64,000 nucleotides of DNA, taken from Terriglobia bacterium (lineage in GTDB: Bacteria > Acidobacteriota > Terriglobia > Bryobacterales > UBA6623). The stretch is from NCBI GenBank assembly GCA_009841225.1, contig VXMF01000037.1, positions 31,875-95,874 of the forward strand, read 5' to 3'. Below, one piece after another: positions 41,843 to 51,977 of this stretch (positions within the stretch are counted from its first letter, which is position 1; every line of letters begins with the position of its first letter). The position numbers and the translations under genes are program-made. The notes under the pieces are model-generated. The model saw only the letters and a list, made by a program, of their open reading frames with translations, had not been told where the DNA came from and made no database searches.

Positions 41843-43696
41843 CTACAGGTAGTCCCGCTCTTTGTTGCGGCCGGCCAGCCATTGGTCGCGGGCGTCGCTC
41901 ACGGCGGACACCTCGGAGACCTCGGCGATCGGCACGTCCCACCACGACTCATAGGCGGGCACGCGCACATTGCGGTCCGTTTGGACCACCACTACGCTGG
42001 TGCGGTCATGGCCTTCCATGGCCCTTAGCGCGTCTTTGAGTTCCGCAGTGGTGTTGGCTCGGCAGGCGACCGCCCCCAGGCTACGCGCGTTCTCGACGAA
42101 GTCGACGCCTACGAGCTGGCCGCTGAGATCGCCGTTGTTGCGCACGCGGTAGTGCGTGCCGAAGCCCTCGTTGCCGCAGGCCTCGCTCAAGCTGCCGATG
42201 CTGGCGAAGCCGTGGTTGTCGACGACCACGATGCGCAATTGCTCGCCCTCTTGGATCGACGTGGCGATCTCTTGGGCCATCATCAGGTACGAGCCATCGC
42301 CGACCATGACGTAAACCTGCCGGTCTGGCTCGGCCATCTTGATGCCCAGGCCGGCGGCAACTTCATAGCCCATCGTGGAGTAGCCGTACTCCATGTGATA
42401 GGTGTTTGGGCTCTTGGTCCGCCACAGCTTGTGCATGTCGCCCGGCATGCTGCCCGCCGCGCATACGACGACGTCGCGCTCGCCGGCGACCTCGTTGACC
42501 GCCCCAATCACCTCGCCCTGGCTCAGCAGCGGACTGTGGCCCAGTCCGTAGATACGATCCACTTCCTGCTCCCAAAACTCGCGGTACTCGCGAATCCGGG
42601 CGGCGTAGCCGGAAGGCACCCCGTAGTCCGAGACCAGAATGGCCAATTCCTCCAAGGCAGACTTCGCGTCGGCCACCAGCGGGAGGGCGGCGTGCTTGAA
42701 GGCGTCGAACTCGGCCACGTTGATGTTCAGAAAGCGCACCTCGGGGTTTTGGAAGGCTGTCTTGGACGCGCTTGTGAAATCGGTGTAGCGGGTTCCGACG
42801 CCGATGACCAGATCGGCCTCGCGGGCCAGGATGTTCGCGCCGGGAGTCCCGCTCACGCCCATCGCGCCGAGCGCCTGTCCGTGGTCGAAGCGCAGCGCTC
42901 CCTTGCCTGACTGGGTCTCGGCCACGGGTATCCCGGTGGTCGCCGCGAAGTCGGCCAACGTGGCGCAGGCATCGCTGTACAGCACGCCGCCGCCGGCGAT
43001 GATCAGGGGAGCCCGAGCGGCGCGAATCCAGCGCGCGGCCTCGTCCATCAGCTTGGCGTCGCCGCGTTGTCTGGAGATCTGCCAGACCCGTTCGCGGAAC
43101 AGCGCTTCCGGGTAATCGAAGGCTTCCGCCTGCACGTCCTGGGGCATGCCGAGCGTCACCGCGCCGGTCTCGGCGGGAGAGGTCAGCACGCGCATCGCCT
43201 CGGGCAGCGCGCTCACGATCTGCTCGGGCCGCTGGATGCGATCCCAATAGCGCGAGACGGGGCGGAAAGAGTCGTTCACCGACACATCCTGCGTCTGCGG
43301 CGACTCGACCTGCTGCAGAACCGGGGCAACGTTGCGCCTAGCGAAGATGTCGCCCGGCAGTAGCAGCACTGGCAGCCGATTGACCGTGGCGGCGGCAGCG
43401 CCGGTGACCATATTGGTAGCACCCGGTCCGATGGAGGTGGTGCAAGCCAGAGCGCGCAGGCGGTTGGAAACCTTGGCATAGCCTGCGGCGGTGTGCACCA
43501 TTGCCTGCTCGTTGCGGCACAGGAAATACGGGAACGACTTGTCTTGGTGCAGGGCCTGTCCCAGTCCGGCCACGTTGCCGTGGCCGAAGATGCCGAAGCA
43601 GCCCCCGAAAAAGCGGTGGCGCTGGCCATCGCGCTCCACGTACTGCTGCTTGAGAAACTCGATCGTGGCCTGTGCCATCGTCAAGCGTCGCGTCAT
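41843..43696 (-). CDS. iolD: 3D-(3,5/4)-trihydroxycyclohexane-1,2-dione acylhydrolase
   Basis: RLTMAQA, IFGHGNV, RNEQAM, SIGPGATN, EYGYS.MGYE, GDGS ThDP motif, WWDVP. Confidence 0.95.
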   Translation of the reverse strand: MTRRLTMAQATIEFLKQQYVERDGQRHRFFGGCFGIFGHGNVAGLGQALHQDKSFPYFLCRNEQAMVHTAAGYAKVSNRLRALACTTSIGPGATNMVTGAAAATVNRLPVLLLPGDIFARRNVAPVLQQVESPQTQDVSVNDSFRPVSRYWDRIQRPEQIVSALPEAMRVLTSPAETGAVTLGMPQDVQAEAFDYPEALFRERVWQISRQRGDAKLMDEAARWIRAARAPLIIAGGGVLYSDACATLADFAATTGIPVAETQSGKGALRFDHGQALGAMGVSGTPGANILAREADLVIGVGTRYTDFTSASKTAFQNPEVRFLNINVAEFDAFKHAALPLVADAKSALEELAILVSDYGVPSGYAARIREYREFWEQEVDRIYGLGHSPLLSQGEVIGAVNEVAGERDVVVCAAGSMPGDMHKLWRTKSPNTYHMEYGYSTMGYEVAAGLGIKMAEPDRQVYVMVGDGSYLMMAQEIATSIQEGEQLRIVVVDNHGFASIGSLSEACGNEGFGTHYRVRNNGDLSGQLVGVDFVENARSLGAVACRANTTAELKDALRAMEGHDRTSVVVVQTDRNVRVPAYESWWDVPIAEVSEVSAVSDARDQWLAGRNKERDYL

Positions 43697-43772
43697 TGAT
43701 AGCCTCCTCGGTCGCAAGCAGGCGGCAATCCGCTCGAGACCGTCACCTGCATCATCGTACAGCCTCGCCGCG

Positions 43773-45617
43773 CTACTGATCCGCCAGCTTCTCCAGCAAG
43801 GCCACCCAGTCTTGGCCGGGATGGCTCGGCGGCGACAGCTGGACCCGGCCATCGCTTCTCATCAGCATCTCGCCGACCTCGACGGTGGGGCTCCTGCCCA
43901 CCTGCAGGTCGCCACCGTTGCGCGGGTCGTACCACCGCAGGCGGTACTTGCCCGGAGCGACGTTGATCTGGGTGCGACCGGAAGCTTCAGGAAGATATAC
44001 GGCGTAGATCTGGCCTTCCTTGGCGAACACAAAGGCCTTCTCGCCGACCACCAGGTCGTTCGCCGGCCACATCTCCCAAAACGGCAGGTGCTCTTGGAAG
44101 AACTCGAGGGCGTAGCGGGTCTGGTCCCACATCGTGTCCCGGGAGCGCCAATCCTCGCAGTTGAGATCCATGTGCGCGTACTGATAGCCGAAGTACCACT
44201 CCACGCCCGAGCCGCCGCCCATCAAGTTGCCCCACAAGGCGTGCTTGCGCGGCTTGTCGTGCTGGGGGTCGTCGGCGTCCGGCATCACCCCCACGGAGGC
44301 CGGGGTCTGCTCGTCGTGGAAGATCGCCCAGGGAGCGCCGGCCGCCGCCGAGCGCATGCGCAGCATGACCGTCTCGTGGTTCGAGTCCTCCATGCGGCCT
44401 TGGATCGAAGTCGCGGAGAACAGGCTCGAGCCGATCAGGCTCGTGTAGGTGCGCAGGCTGCGCGTGTTGTGGGTATGGACCGTGATGGCGTGGTTGTTGG
44501 GGTCGACGCTGCGGATGTAGCCCGCGATCGCGAGACGGTCGCGATGGGGCGTGTCGTTTTCCTCGCCAAGGTTCCAGACGATGGCGAGATGGTGGCCGAA
44601 GCGCGCCGCCAGTTCCCTCAAATAGAGCTTGCGAATGTCGTGCAAGGCAGGGCTGCCGCCCAGCTCTTCGTCATTCTCGGTCTCTTGGATGACCAGATGC
44701 ATGGCGATGCCGAGTCGCTCCATATGCGCGAACACGATGTCCCACTGGGCCAGCTTCGAGACATCGAACCGGTCCCGGACTTCGGGGCCGGTCCAGACCC
44801 AGGTGTCCTTGCCATCGCCGCCATCGAGGTTGTAGGTCATGAAGTAGACGCTGTTCATGCCCTTGGAAGCGAGATAGTTCAACGCTCCGATGATGTTCTT
44901 GCCCTTGCCGCCCTGCCACGTGGGGTCGCCTTGATTCCAGTCCCGCGCGTGAGGCTCGTAGCGATGCAGGAAGGAACCGGTGTCGGTCGAGACGCCGCCG
45001 TGGGCCGCCGTGTCGGCCGTGCCGTCGAACTCGAAGTAGCCGAGGAAGTTTTCCGGCGAGTCTGCCCCGCCCTTGAGGAAGCGGTCTCCGTTGCCGAACC
45101 TGAGATAGTGCCCGTCGGAGGGCGTAAGGAATCCCTTGGCTGCGAAACCCGGGGCGTCTGCGGGCGCGGCACCGACGCTGACCGCGCCAGAGTCTCCGTC
45201 GAAGGCGGTCGACTCACCGGTAGCGTCGCTGATCGCCACTCCCGGTCCGGATCGAAACTCCGCCCTCCAGACCCATTCGCCGGCGAGCGGAGGCGTGAAG
45301 CGAACTCGCCACTTGTTGCCCGCCGTAGCCGAGGATTCCGCAGCGTCCCCATCCGCTGCGAAGAATCCCTGGACAACCCGGCTCTCTCCAGACGCCTGAT
45401 GCGAGAAGGAGACACTCAGGCGGTAGTCGAGAAAGGGGTTTGGCGTGGCGTCCTCGGAAGATTCCGGGCCATCGAACGTCAGCGTCAGCGGCTGCCAGCG
45501 GACCGGGCTCTCGGGAGCGATCTCAACCGCTGCGGCAAGCGTCACAGCACAGAGCAGCGATACAGTCATGCTGGGGACGAGCCGGACGGCGATAGTTCTA
45601 AGGAAGTGGTTGCGCAT
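43773..45617 (-). CDS. Exported DUF5060 / glycoside hydrolase-like protein with collagen-binding-like C-terminus
   Basis: Signal peptide; NPFLDY, GFFAADG, KWRVRF.P, WNLGEEN; C-terminal WYDPR.G and P.....DWVAL. Confidence 0.75.
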   Translation of the reverse strand: MRNHFLRTIAVRLVPSMTVSLLCAVTLAAAVEIAPESPVRWQPLTLTFDGPESSEDATPNPFLDYRLSVSFSHQASGESRVVQGFFAADGDAAESSATAGNKWRVRFTPPLAGEWVWRAEFRSGPGVAISDATGESTAFDGDSGAVSVGAAPADAPGFAAKGFLTPSDGHYLRFGNGDRFLKGGADSPENFLGYFEFDGTADTAAHGGVSTDTGSFLHRYEPHARDWNQGDPTWQGGKGKNIIGALNYLASKGMNSVYFMTYNLDGGDGKDTWVWTGPEVRDRFDVSKLAQWDIVFAHMERLGIAMHLVIQETENDEELGGSPALHDIRKLYLRELAARFGHHLAIVWNLGEENDTPHRDRLAIAGYIRSVDPNNHAITVHTHNTRSLRTYTSLIGSSLFSATSIQGRMEDSNHETVMLRMRSAAAGAPWAIFHDEQTPASVGVMPDADDPQHDKPRKHALWGNLMGGGSGVEWYFGYQYAHMDLNCEDWRSRDTMWDQTRYALEFFQEHLPFWEMWPANDLVVGEKAFVFAKEGQIYAVYLPEASGRTQINVAPGKYRLRWYDPRNGGDLQVGRSPTVEVGEMLMRSDGRVQLSPPSHPGQDWVALLEKLADQ

Positions 45618-45803
45618 GGTTTCCTCCGAGCCGGACTAGGTGCGGCCCGCCGGACACAACGCGAGGGCGGCCGAGTCCGTAATCCACGGTAGCAACAATC
45701 TATCGGCGCAAAGGGTCTATGCCTCGACCGTGGGATGGCGGCTTGGCTTGCGATCAGCGCCCGCCGCACCTGAGTCAGCGACCGCGGCGGTAGGCTAAGT
45801 AGG

Positions 45804-47231
45804 ATGCGATCGGATGGCCAGCAGTCGTTGATGATCAGAACCGCCCTGGCGCTCGCGGCCATCACCTTGGCATGCAGCGTCGAACCCGCCACCGCGCAAA
45901 TCGAGCGGCCGAACCTCGTCCTTATCCTTGCGGACGACCTAGGCTGGAACGATGTCGGCTTCAATGGCGACGAGTTCTATGAGACGCCTCATCTAGACCG
46001 CCTAGCGCGCGAGGGGATGACCTTCGCCAACGCGTACAGCAGCGGCCCAAATTGCGCCCCGACCCGGGCTAGCTTGATCTCCGGCATGTACCCGCCGCGC
46101 CATATGATCTACACACCGGGCGGCAAGTCCAAGATTGACCCCCGCAAAATGAGGCTCCGGGTCCCGGTGCAGCAGCGCTTCTGGGAGCGGACTGGTGTCA
46201 CCGATCCAATACCGGATGCCTTCGAGGTCCGGCAGGCTTTGGACCCGAGTGTGGTCAGCATCGCCGAAGTGCTCAAACAGGGCGGCTACGCGACTGCCAG
46301 GTTTGGGAAGTGGCATGTCGGGCCCGACACTCAGGGCTTCGATTTGAGCAGCAGCGACGGCAAACGCGGTACCGAGAAGACCCACTACAACGATCCCAAC
46401 GTAACGTTTGACCTGACCGACGTGAGCATTGATTTCATCAAGGAAAACCGCCACCAGCCATTCTTCCTGTACCTCTCGCACTGGGATGTCCACGGTCCGC
46501 TTGTTGCCCGCCGTAATCTGGTCGCGAAGTACGAAAAGAAGCTCGCGTCGTGGACAAAGAACAAGAATCCGTACAATCCGACCTACGCGGCCATGGTCGA
46601 GGCAGTCGACACCAGTGTTGGCGGCATCCTCAAGACCCTGGAGGAACTCAGCCTCGCTGAAAAGACTCTGGTCATCTTCTCGTCGGACAACGGCGGCACC
46701 AGGGTTTCGATCAACCAGCCTCTACGCGGGGTCAAGGGCTCGCTCTACGAAGGAGGGGTCCGCGTGCCGACCTGCATGAGGTGGCCCGGCGTGATCGCAG
46801 CGGGGACCAGGTCGCTAACCCCAATTACGAGTGTCGACTTCCTGCCGACATTCGCCGAGCTGGCGGGCGTTTCTTTGCCTGCGGGCCAGCCGGTCGATGG
46901 CGAGAGCTTCGCACCGCTGATCAAGGGCCGCCCCGCGCTCGACGATCGTGCGATTTTCTGGCACTATCCGCTGTACCTGGCGGGTCGTGCGACACCCGCG
47001 AGCGCCATCCGCAAAGGCGACTGGAAGCTGATTGAGTTCTTTGAAGACGGGCGCGTGGAGTTGTACAACGTTGCAACCGACACGAGCGAATCCAGAAACA
47101 TGGCGGATGCTGTGCCCGCGAAGGCCAAAGAACTGCACCAAGAGCTCATCGCTTGGCGAAAAGCTACGAATGCAGTCGAACCGCGAGAACCGAACCCGTA
47201 CTACAACAAGACGCGGGACCCTCCGCGATAG
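45804..47231 (+). CDS. Sulfatase
   Basis: PNLVLILADDLG, CAPTRASLISG, GKWH, SDNGG, HYP. Confidence 0.93.
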   Translation: MRSDGQQSLMIRTALALAAITLACSVEPATAQIERPNLVLILADDLGWNDVGFNGDEFYETPHLDRLAREGMTFANAYSSGPNCAPTRASLISGMYPPRHMIYTPGGKSKIDPRKMRLRVPVQQRFWERTGVTDPIPDAFEVRQALDPSVVSIAEVLKQGGYATARFGKWHVGPDTQGFDLSSSDGKRGTEKTHYNDPNVTFDLTDVSIDFIKENRHQPFFLYLSHWDVHGPLVARRNLVAKYEKKLASWTKNKNPYNPTYAAMVEAVDTSVGGILKTLEELSLAEKTLVIFSSDNGGTRVSINQPLRGVKGSLYEGGVRVPTCMRWPGVIAAGTRSLTPITSVDFLPTFAELAGVSLPAGQPVDGESFAPLIKGRPALDDRAIFWHYPLYLAGRATPASAIRKGDWKLIEFFEDGRVELYNVATDTSESRNMADAVPAKAKELHQELIAWRKATNAVEPREPNPYYNKTRDPPR

Positions 47232-47397
47232 AGCTCACCATCAACCGGTTCTCGTTTCTTGCGCGGGCTCGCCATGAGCCTCGCATGAGCCTAGACGGAT
47301 TCCCATCATGCTGCCAAGCTACATCGGACGCCGCCCTCCACTACGGAGGGATCCCATTGATTCCGATTGGTGACCTGAGTCGAAGCGGACGGCTATC

Positions 47398-47418
47398 GAA
47401 TAGAATAGTATTCTATTC
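47398..47418 (+). promoter_or_regulatory. Palindromic operator/promoter of the TA operon
   Basis: GAATAGAATA-G-TATTCTATTC perfect inverted repeat, 3 nt before the ATG; AT-rich island with -10-like hexamers. Confidence 0.7.
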
Positions 47419-47421
47419 AAT

Positions 47422-47676
47422 ATGACTACTACAGTCCACCTTCCTGCGGACCTGCTGGAATCGGTCGACCATCAAGCGAAGGAACTGGGCATGAGCCGGA
47501 ATCGCTACGTCATTCGGGCTCTGAAGGCTGCGCTCGATTCAGAGACTCGGTGGAGTCCCAGATTCGTCGGCGAGTTGGAGGCTGCGCGATTGGACGAAGA
47601 AGGGAGAGAGGCTCTTGCGGAGATGAGGGCAGTACTTGCTAAGAGCCGAACGCGAAAGGATCCTCCCGAACTGTGA
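47422..47676 (+). CDS. CopG/RHH antitoxin
   Basis: TTVHLP..LL..VD..A.ELGMSRN.YV..AL; GTGA overlap with the PIN gene. Confidence 0.85.
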   Translation: MTTTVHLPADLLESVDHQAKELGMSRNRYVIRALKAALDSETRWSPRFVGELEAARLDEEGREALAEMRAVLAKSRTRKDPPEL

Positions 47677-48092
47677 AGTACGTCCTAGACACCAACGCGC
47701 TTTCCCATGCGATGGCTGGAGAGCCCTCTGTCTGCGGACAACTGCTGTCGCGTTCTCGCACCGATGTCCTGCTGCCACAACCTGTCGTTGCCGAGATCGC
47801 TTACGGGCTCGCACGGCTTCCAAGGTCGAAGAGGCGAGAGCGCCTCCTCGACCGCTTTCGACTGTTCCTTGATCAGCTTCCGAGGGTCCCTTGGACAGAT
47901 GAGGTCAGTCGCAAGTTCGGAGAAGCCAAGGCGGACCTGGAGCGCCGGGGGATTCGGATCGAGGACTTTGACGTGGCCGTAGCCGCCCACGCACTGACTG
48001 TGGGAGCGACCCTTGTGAGCAGCGACCTTAAGCACATGACCAGGATCGCGGGACTGCTGGTCGAAGACTGGCACGTTCGGCCTGCTCGTTAG
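47673..48092 (+). CDS. VapC PIN-domain toxin
   Basis: YVLDTN, VVAEI.YG, D...AAHA, LVS.D.KH..RI.GL..EDW. Confidence 0.92.
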   Translation: MKYVLDTNALSHAMAGEPSVCGQLLSRSRTDVLLPQPVVAEIAYGLARLPRSKRRERLLDRFRLFLDQLPRVPWTDEVSRKFGEAKADLERRGIRIEDFDVAVAAHALTVGATLVSSDLKHMTRIAGLLVEDWHVRPAR

Positions 48093-48377
48093 TCCCAAGC
48101 CGAAGCCTGACCGGGTGCGATCCAATCGCAAGCAGGAGCCCAGGGCGGCGCAAGGCCCATCGCACTGCCATGGGCCCAAGATTCTCGGCAGTCCAGCACT
48201 GTGAGATCGGTTCGACGCACATCGAGCGGGGCTACGTCGCCCTGGAACGAGGGGAGGCGGAAGCGTGCGGCGCTGCTGATTGCGAGATGCGCCGTCGTGC
48301 CGTGGATGGAGGAGGCCATCCATGCCAGCCGGCAACGCTTGGGGGTTCGCGTTGCCAGCACGCATGACTGGACATGC

Positions 48378-50228
48378 TTACTGCGGCATTGGGACGGCAT
48401 CCGCTAACGACTGCAGCTTGTGCAGGCGGGCATAGACTCCATCCCGCGCGAGCAGCTCGTCGTGCCCGCCATGTTCGATGACCCGGCCGCGGTGCAGGAC
48501 GACGATATTGTCCGCGCGGCGAATGGTAGACAGCCGGTGGGCGATCACGATGGACGTCCTTCCGACGAACAGCTTGGAGAGCGTGTCGCGAATCTTGCGC
48601 TCGGTGTCGGGGTCCACGCTCGATGTGGCCTCGTCCAGCACCAGGAAGGGGCGCTCGTGAACCAACGCGCGGGCGAACGAAACCAATTGCTTCTGCCCGA
48701 CTGACAGCCCGGCGCCGCGTTCCAGCACCGGCTCCTCATAGGCGTCGGGCAGCGACTCGATGTGGTCCGCCAAGTGGGCGTTCTCGGCCGCGCCCCGGAT
48801 GGCCTCAGGCGGCGCTTCGGGATCGCCGAGACCGATGTTCTCTCCGATCGTGCCCGAGAACAGGAACGAGTCCTGCAAGACCACGCTGAAGTGCGCGCGG
48901 AGCGCCTCGGGAGTCCACTCGCGGATATCCCGCCCGCCGACCAAGATCGTGCCGTGCTGGATTTCGTAGAAGCGCAGCAGCAGGCTGACAAGGGTGCTCT
49001 TGCCTGCCCCGGTGTGCCCGACCACCGCCACCATACCGCCGGGCGGAACCTTGAAGCTGACATCTTCCAGCACCCACTCCTCGCCCTTGTAGGCAAACCA
49101 GACATTGCGGAACTCGACGCTGGGCTGTTCGAGCTCTACCTGTCCAGCAGCCGCCTGAATCTCGTCCGGATCGGTGTCCAACAGCTCGAAGATCCGCTCA
49201 GCGCCCGCCATGGCTGCCTGCAAGACGTTGTACTTCTCCGCGAGGTCTTGGATCGGCCGGAAGACCCTGGTTCCGTACTGCAGGAACGCCATCAGGACGC
49301 CTAGCGAAACGGTGCCGGCTACGACCCACGCGCCGCCGAAGACGACCAGCAGCACCACCCCCAGCAAGCTGATCCACTCGATCACCGGAAAGAACACGGC
49401 ATGCGCCCGCACGGAACGGTAGTTGGCCGCGCGGTGCTCGTCGTTGATGGCCGCGAAGTCGCCCAGGGCGCGCTGCTCGTGGTTGAACGCCTGGATCTCC
49501 GAAATGCCCGTGAAGCACTCTTGCAGGAACGAGGCAAGCTTCGCGACCGCCTTGCGGACGTCGCGAAAGCTGCTTCGTGCGCGTCGACGGAAGATGACGC
49601 TGACGATCCACACCAGCGGGCCGATGCCGAGATAGACCAGAGTCAGCCGCGGGCTCAGGTAGAGCATCGCCCCGAACGCGCAGAACAGCGTGAGCACGTC
49701 GCCTGCGACGGCCACCAGGCCCGAAGTGAACAGTTCGTTCAGCACGTCGACGTCGGTAGTGGCCCGCGTTACCAAGCGCCCGCTCGGCGTGCGATCGAAG
49801 TAAGCGACGGGCAGGCGCTGCAGGTGTCCGAACACTTCGCGGCGCATGTCGCGCATCACTCGCTGTCCGGTCCAGTTCATCGTGTGGATCTGCGCCGCCC
49901 GAGTGAGCACCCCGAGCAGCAGCGAAACCAAAGATAGAGTCACCAGCCACCAAATGCCCTGCATCGGATCCGAGGGAAGCCACGGATCGAGCACAGAGTC
50001 CGCCGTCGGATCGGGCATCAGGTAACGGTCAACCGCGACCTGGGTGAGCAACGGCCAGATCACTCCCAGGGCCGAGTTCAGCATCAGCAGCACCAGTGAG
50101 GCGGTCGCGAATACGGAGTACGGCCGCAAGTATCGCCACAGGCGCTTGAGAATGGCTGCGTCGTACAGCGCAGCGTCAGGGAGGGTCTCCCGAGCTGCGT
50201 CCAAGCCGATGCTGCGTCCGGTGCTCAT
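48378..50228 (-). CDS. ABC exporter (TMD-NBD), heterodimer half
   Basis: GHTGAGKS, LSVGQKQ, LDEATS, IAHRLST. Confidence 0.93.
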   Translation of the reverse strand: MSTGRSIGLDAARETLPDAALYDAAILKRLWRYLRPYSVFATASLVLLMLNSALGVIWPLLTQVAVDRYLMPDPTADSVLDPWLPSDPMQGIWWLVTLSLVSLLLGVLTRAAQIHTMNWTGQRVMRDMRREVFGHLQRLPVAYFDRTPSGRLVTRATTDVDVLNELFTSGLVAVAGDVLTLFCAFGAMLYLSPRLTLVYLGIGPLVWIVSVIFRRRARSSFRDVRKAVAKLASFLQECFTGISEIQAFNHEQRALGDFAAINDEHRAANYRSVRAHAVFFPVIEWISLLGVVLLVVFGGAWVVAGTVSLGVLMAFLQYGTRVFRPIQDLAEKYNVLQAAMAGAERIFELLDTDPDEIQAAAGQVELEQPSVEFRNVWFAYKGEEWVLEDVSFKVPPGGMVAVVGHTGAGKSTLVSLLLRFYEIQHGTILVGGRDIREWTPEALRAHFSVVLQDSFLFSGTIGENIGLGDPEAPPEAIRGAAENAHLADHIESLPDAYEEPVLERGAGLSVGQKQLVSFARALVHERPFLVLDEATSSVDPDTERKIRDTLSKLFVGRTSIVIAHRLSTIRRADNIVVLHRGRVIEHGGHDELLARDGVYARLHKLQSLADAVPMPQ

Positions 50229-51970
50229 GGCTTGGCCAGCTCCTCCTCGATGCGCTGCCGCTCGTGGATGCGAGCGTACAAGCCGCCGCCTGCCAGCAGA
50301 CTCTCATGCGAACCGGTGTCAACGACCCGGCCCGCATCCATCACCGCGATGCGGTCCGCCAACCTGGCCGAGGAGACGCGGTGCGTCACGATCAGCAGCG
50401 TGCGGTCGCAGGTTGCCGGGCGAATGCGTTCCAGCAGCTCGTGCTCGGTCTCGGCATCCAGACTGGAAGTGGAGTCGTCGAGCACCACGATTGCGGGATC
50501 CCGCAGCAAGGCCCTAGCTAGGGCAACGCGCTGCTTCTGGCCGCCCGAAAGGGTGATTCCGCGCTCGCCGACGAGCGTGTCCAGTCCATCCGGGAAGTTG
50601 TCCTCGTACGTGTCCAGCAGCGACAGCCACGCAGCCTCTTCGACCTCTTCCATGCTCGCGTCGGGCCGCCCCAAGCGGATGTTGTCGGCAATCGAGCGGC
50701 TGAACAAGAACGTTTCCTGCGGTACGTACCCGACGCGCTTGCGCAGCGCCTGTAGCGGCAGCCGCCGGACATCGACATCGTCGATCACCACCGCGCCGTG
50801 GGTTGGGTCGTACAGCCTGGGAACGAGGCTAGCTAGAGTAGACTTGCCGCTGCCGACCGGACCGATGATTGCCAGCGACATGCCGTGCAGAACCGACAGG
50901 CTCACGTCGCGGACCGCATAGCCGCTGGCTCTGGGGTACTGGACGCTGACGGACTGCCACTTGATCGAGCCTCGAATTTGGTCTTTGGATCTCAACACCC
51001 CGGGCGCGTCGGCAATCCGCGGTCTGTGGTTCAGCAGCTCGTTCAGGCGCCCTAGCGACGCCACGCCGCGCTGGGTGATGTTTACGACCACGCCCATGCC
51101 GATCATGGGCCACGCCAGCATGGCCAGGAAGTAGATAAACATCGTGAACGTGCCGACGGTCATCGCGCCCTGCAACACCCGCCAGCTTCCGAATCCGAGC
51201 AGGCTGATGCCGGTCAGCCCGACCAAGAGCTCTAGCAGGGGATAGAAGCTGCGCCAAATGCGGACCAACCCGAGGCTAGCCTCGACATAGTCGGCATTGG
51301 CAGCAGCGAACCTGCCGACCTCGGCAGGGCCCTGGTTGTTGGCCCGCAGCATTCGCAGGCCGGCCAAGTGCTCTTGCACCCGGACGCTGATCCCGGAGAA
51401 GCGCTTCTGCACGGCCTGGAACTGCTCGTGCGTGCGGCGGCCGAAGTGCCCGACTGCCAGCGAGATCAGCGGCATGGGCGCGAAGATCACCAGCGTGAGC
51501 AGCCAGTCGGTCCAGGCCATGATGGAGAGCACCGTTGCGATCACGACGCCGATCTCGGCCGTGTACATCAGCCCCGGCCCCAGCAGGGAGCGCACCTGGG
51601 CAAGATCGTTGGTCACCCGGGCCATCAGGTCACCGGTGCGGTAGCGCTCGTAAAACGTCCGATCCAGCGTGACCAAGTGGGCGCTTATGTCATTGCGCAA
51701 GTCATACTCGATGTCGCGCGAGATCGTGATCAGAATCCAGCGCATCGCATATTGCGCGATTCCCTTGCAGGCCGCGACGCCGAGCGCCAGCAACATGGTA
51801 TTCACGGCCGCCTCTTGCTCGCCCGCGGCAAGCTGGTCCACCGCCCGTCCGATCAGCAACGGCACACCGGCCGCCAACACGCCGCGAAACAGCAGCGCGG
51901 TCAAGCCTCCCCCGTAACGCCAGCGATAGCGGAGCAGGTAAGGAAACAGCGTGCGCAGCGTTGCCAGCAA
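50225..51970 (-). CDS. ABC exporter (TMD-NBD), heterodimer half with degenerate Walker B
   Basis: GPVGSGKS, LSGGQKQR, LDDSTS, THR; ATGA overlap with its partner. Confidence 0.93.
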   Translation of the reverse strand: MLATLRTLFPYLLRYRWRYGGGLTALLFRGVLAAGVPLLIGRAVDQLAAGEQEAAVNTMLLALGVAACKGIAQYAMRWILITISRDIEYDLRNDISAHLVTLDRTFYERYRTGDLMARVTNDLAQVRSLLGPGLMYTAEIGVVIATVLSIMAWTDWLLTLVIFAPMPLISLAVGHFGRRTHEQFQAVQKRFSGISVRVQEHLAGLRMLRANNQGPAEVGRFAAANADYVEASLGLVRIWRSFYPLLELLVGLTGISLLGFGSWRVLQGAMTVGTFTMFIYFLAMLAWPMIGMGVVVNITQRGVASLGRLNELLNHRPRIADAPGVLRSKDQIRGSIKWQSVSVQYPRASGYAVRDVSLSVLHGMSLAIIGPVGSGKSTLASLVPRLYDPTHGAVVIDDVDVRRLPLQALRKRVGYVPQETFLFSRSIADNIRLGRPDASMEEVEEAAWLSLLDTYEDNFPDGLDTLVGERGITLSGGQKQRVALARALLRDPAIVVLDDSTSSLDAETEHELLERIRPATCDRTLLIVTHRVSSARLADRIAVMDAGRVVDTGSHESLLAGGGLYARIHERQRIEEELAKP

Positions 51971-51977
51971 AGTCGAC

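Noticed and set aside
43491-45692. 733-aa plus-strand ORF and other long antisense or alternate-frame ORFs (e.g. 25840-26994, 28109-29386, 61549-62748)
   Set aside because: They shadow well-supported genes and have no motifs; such ORFs are expected in high-GC DNA.
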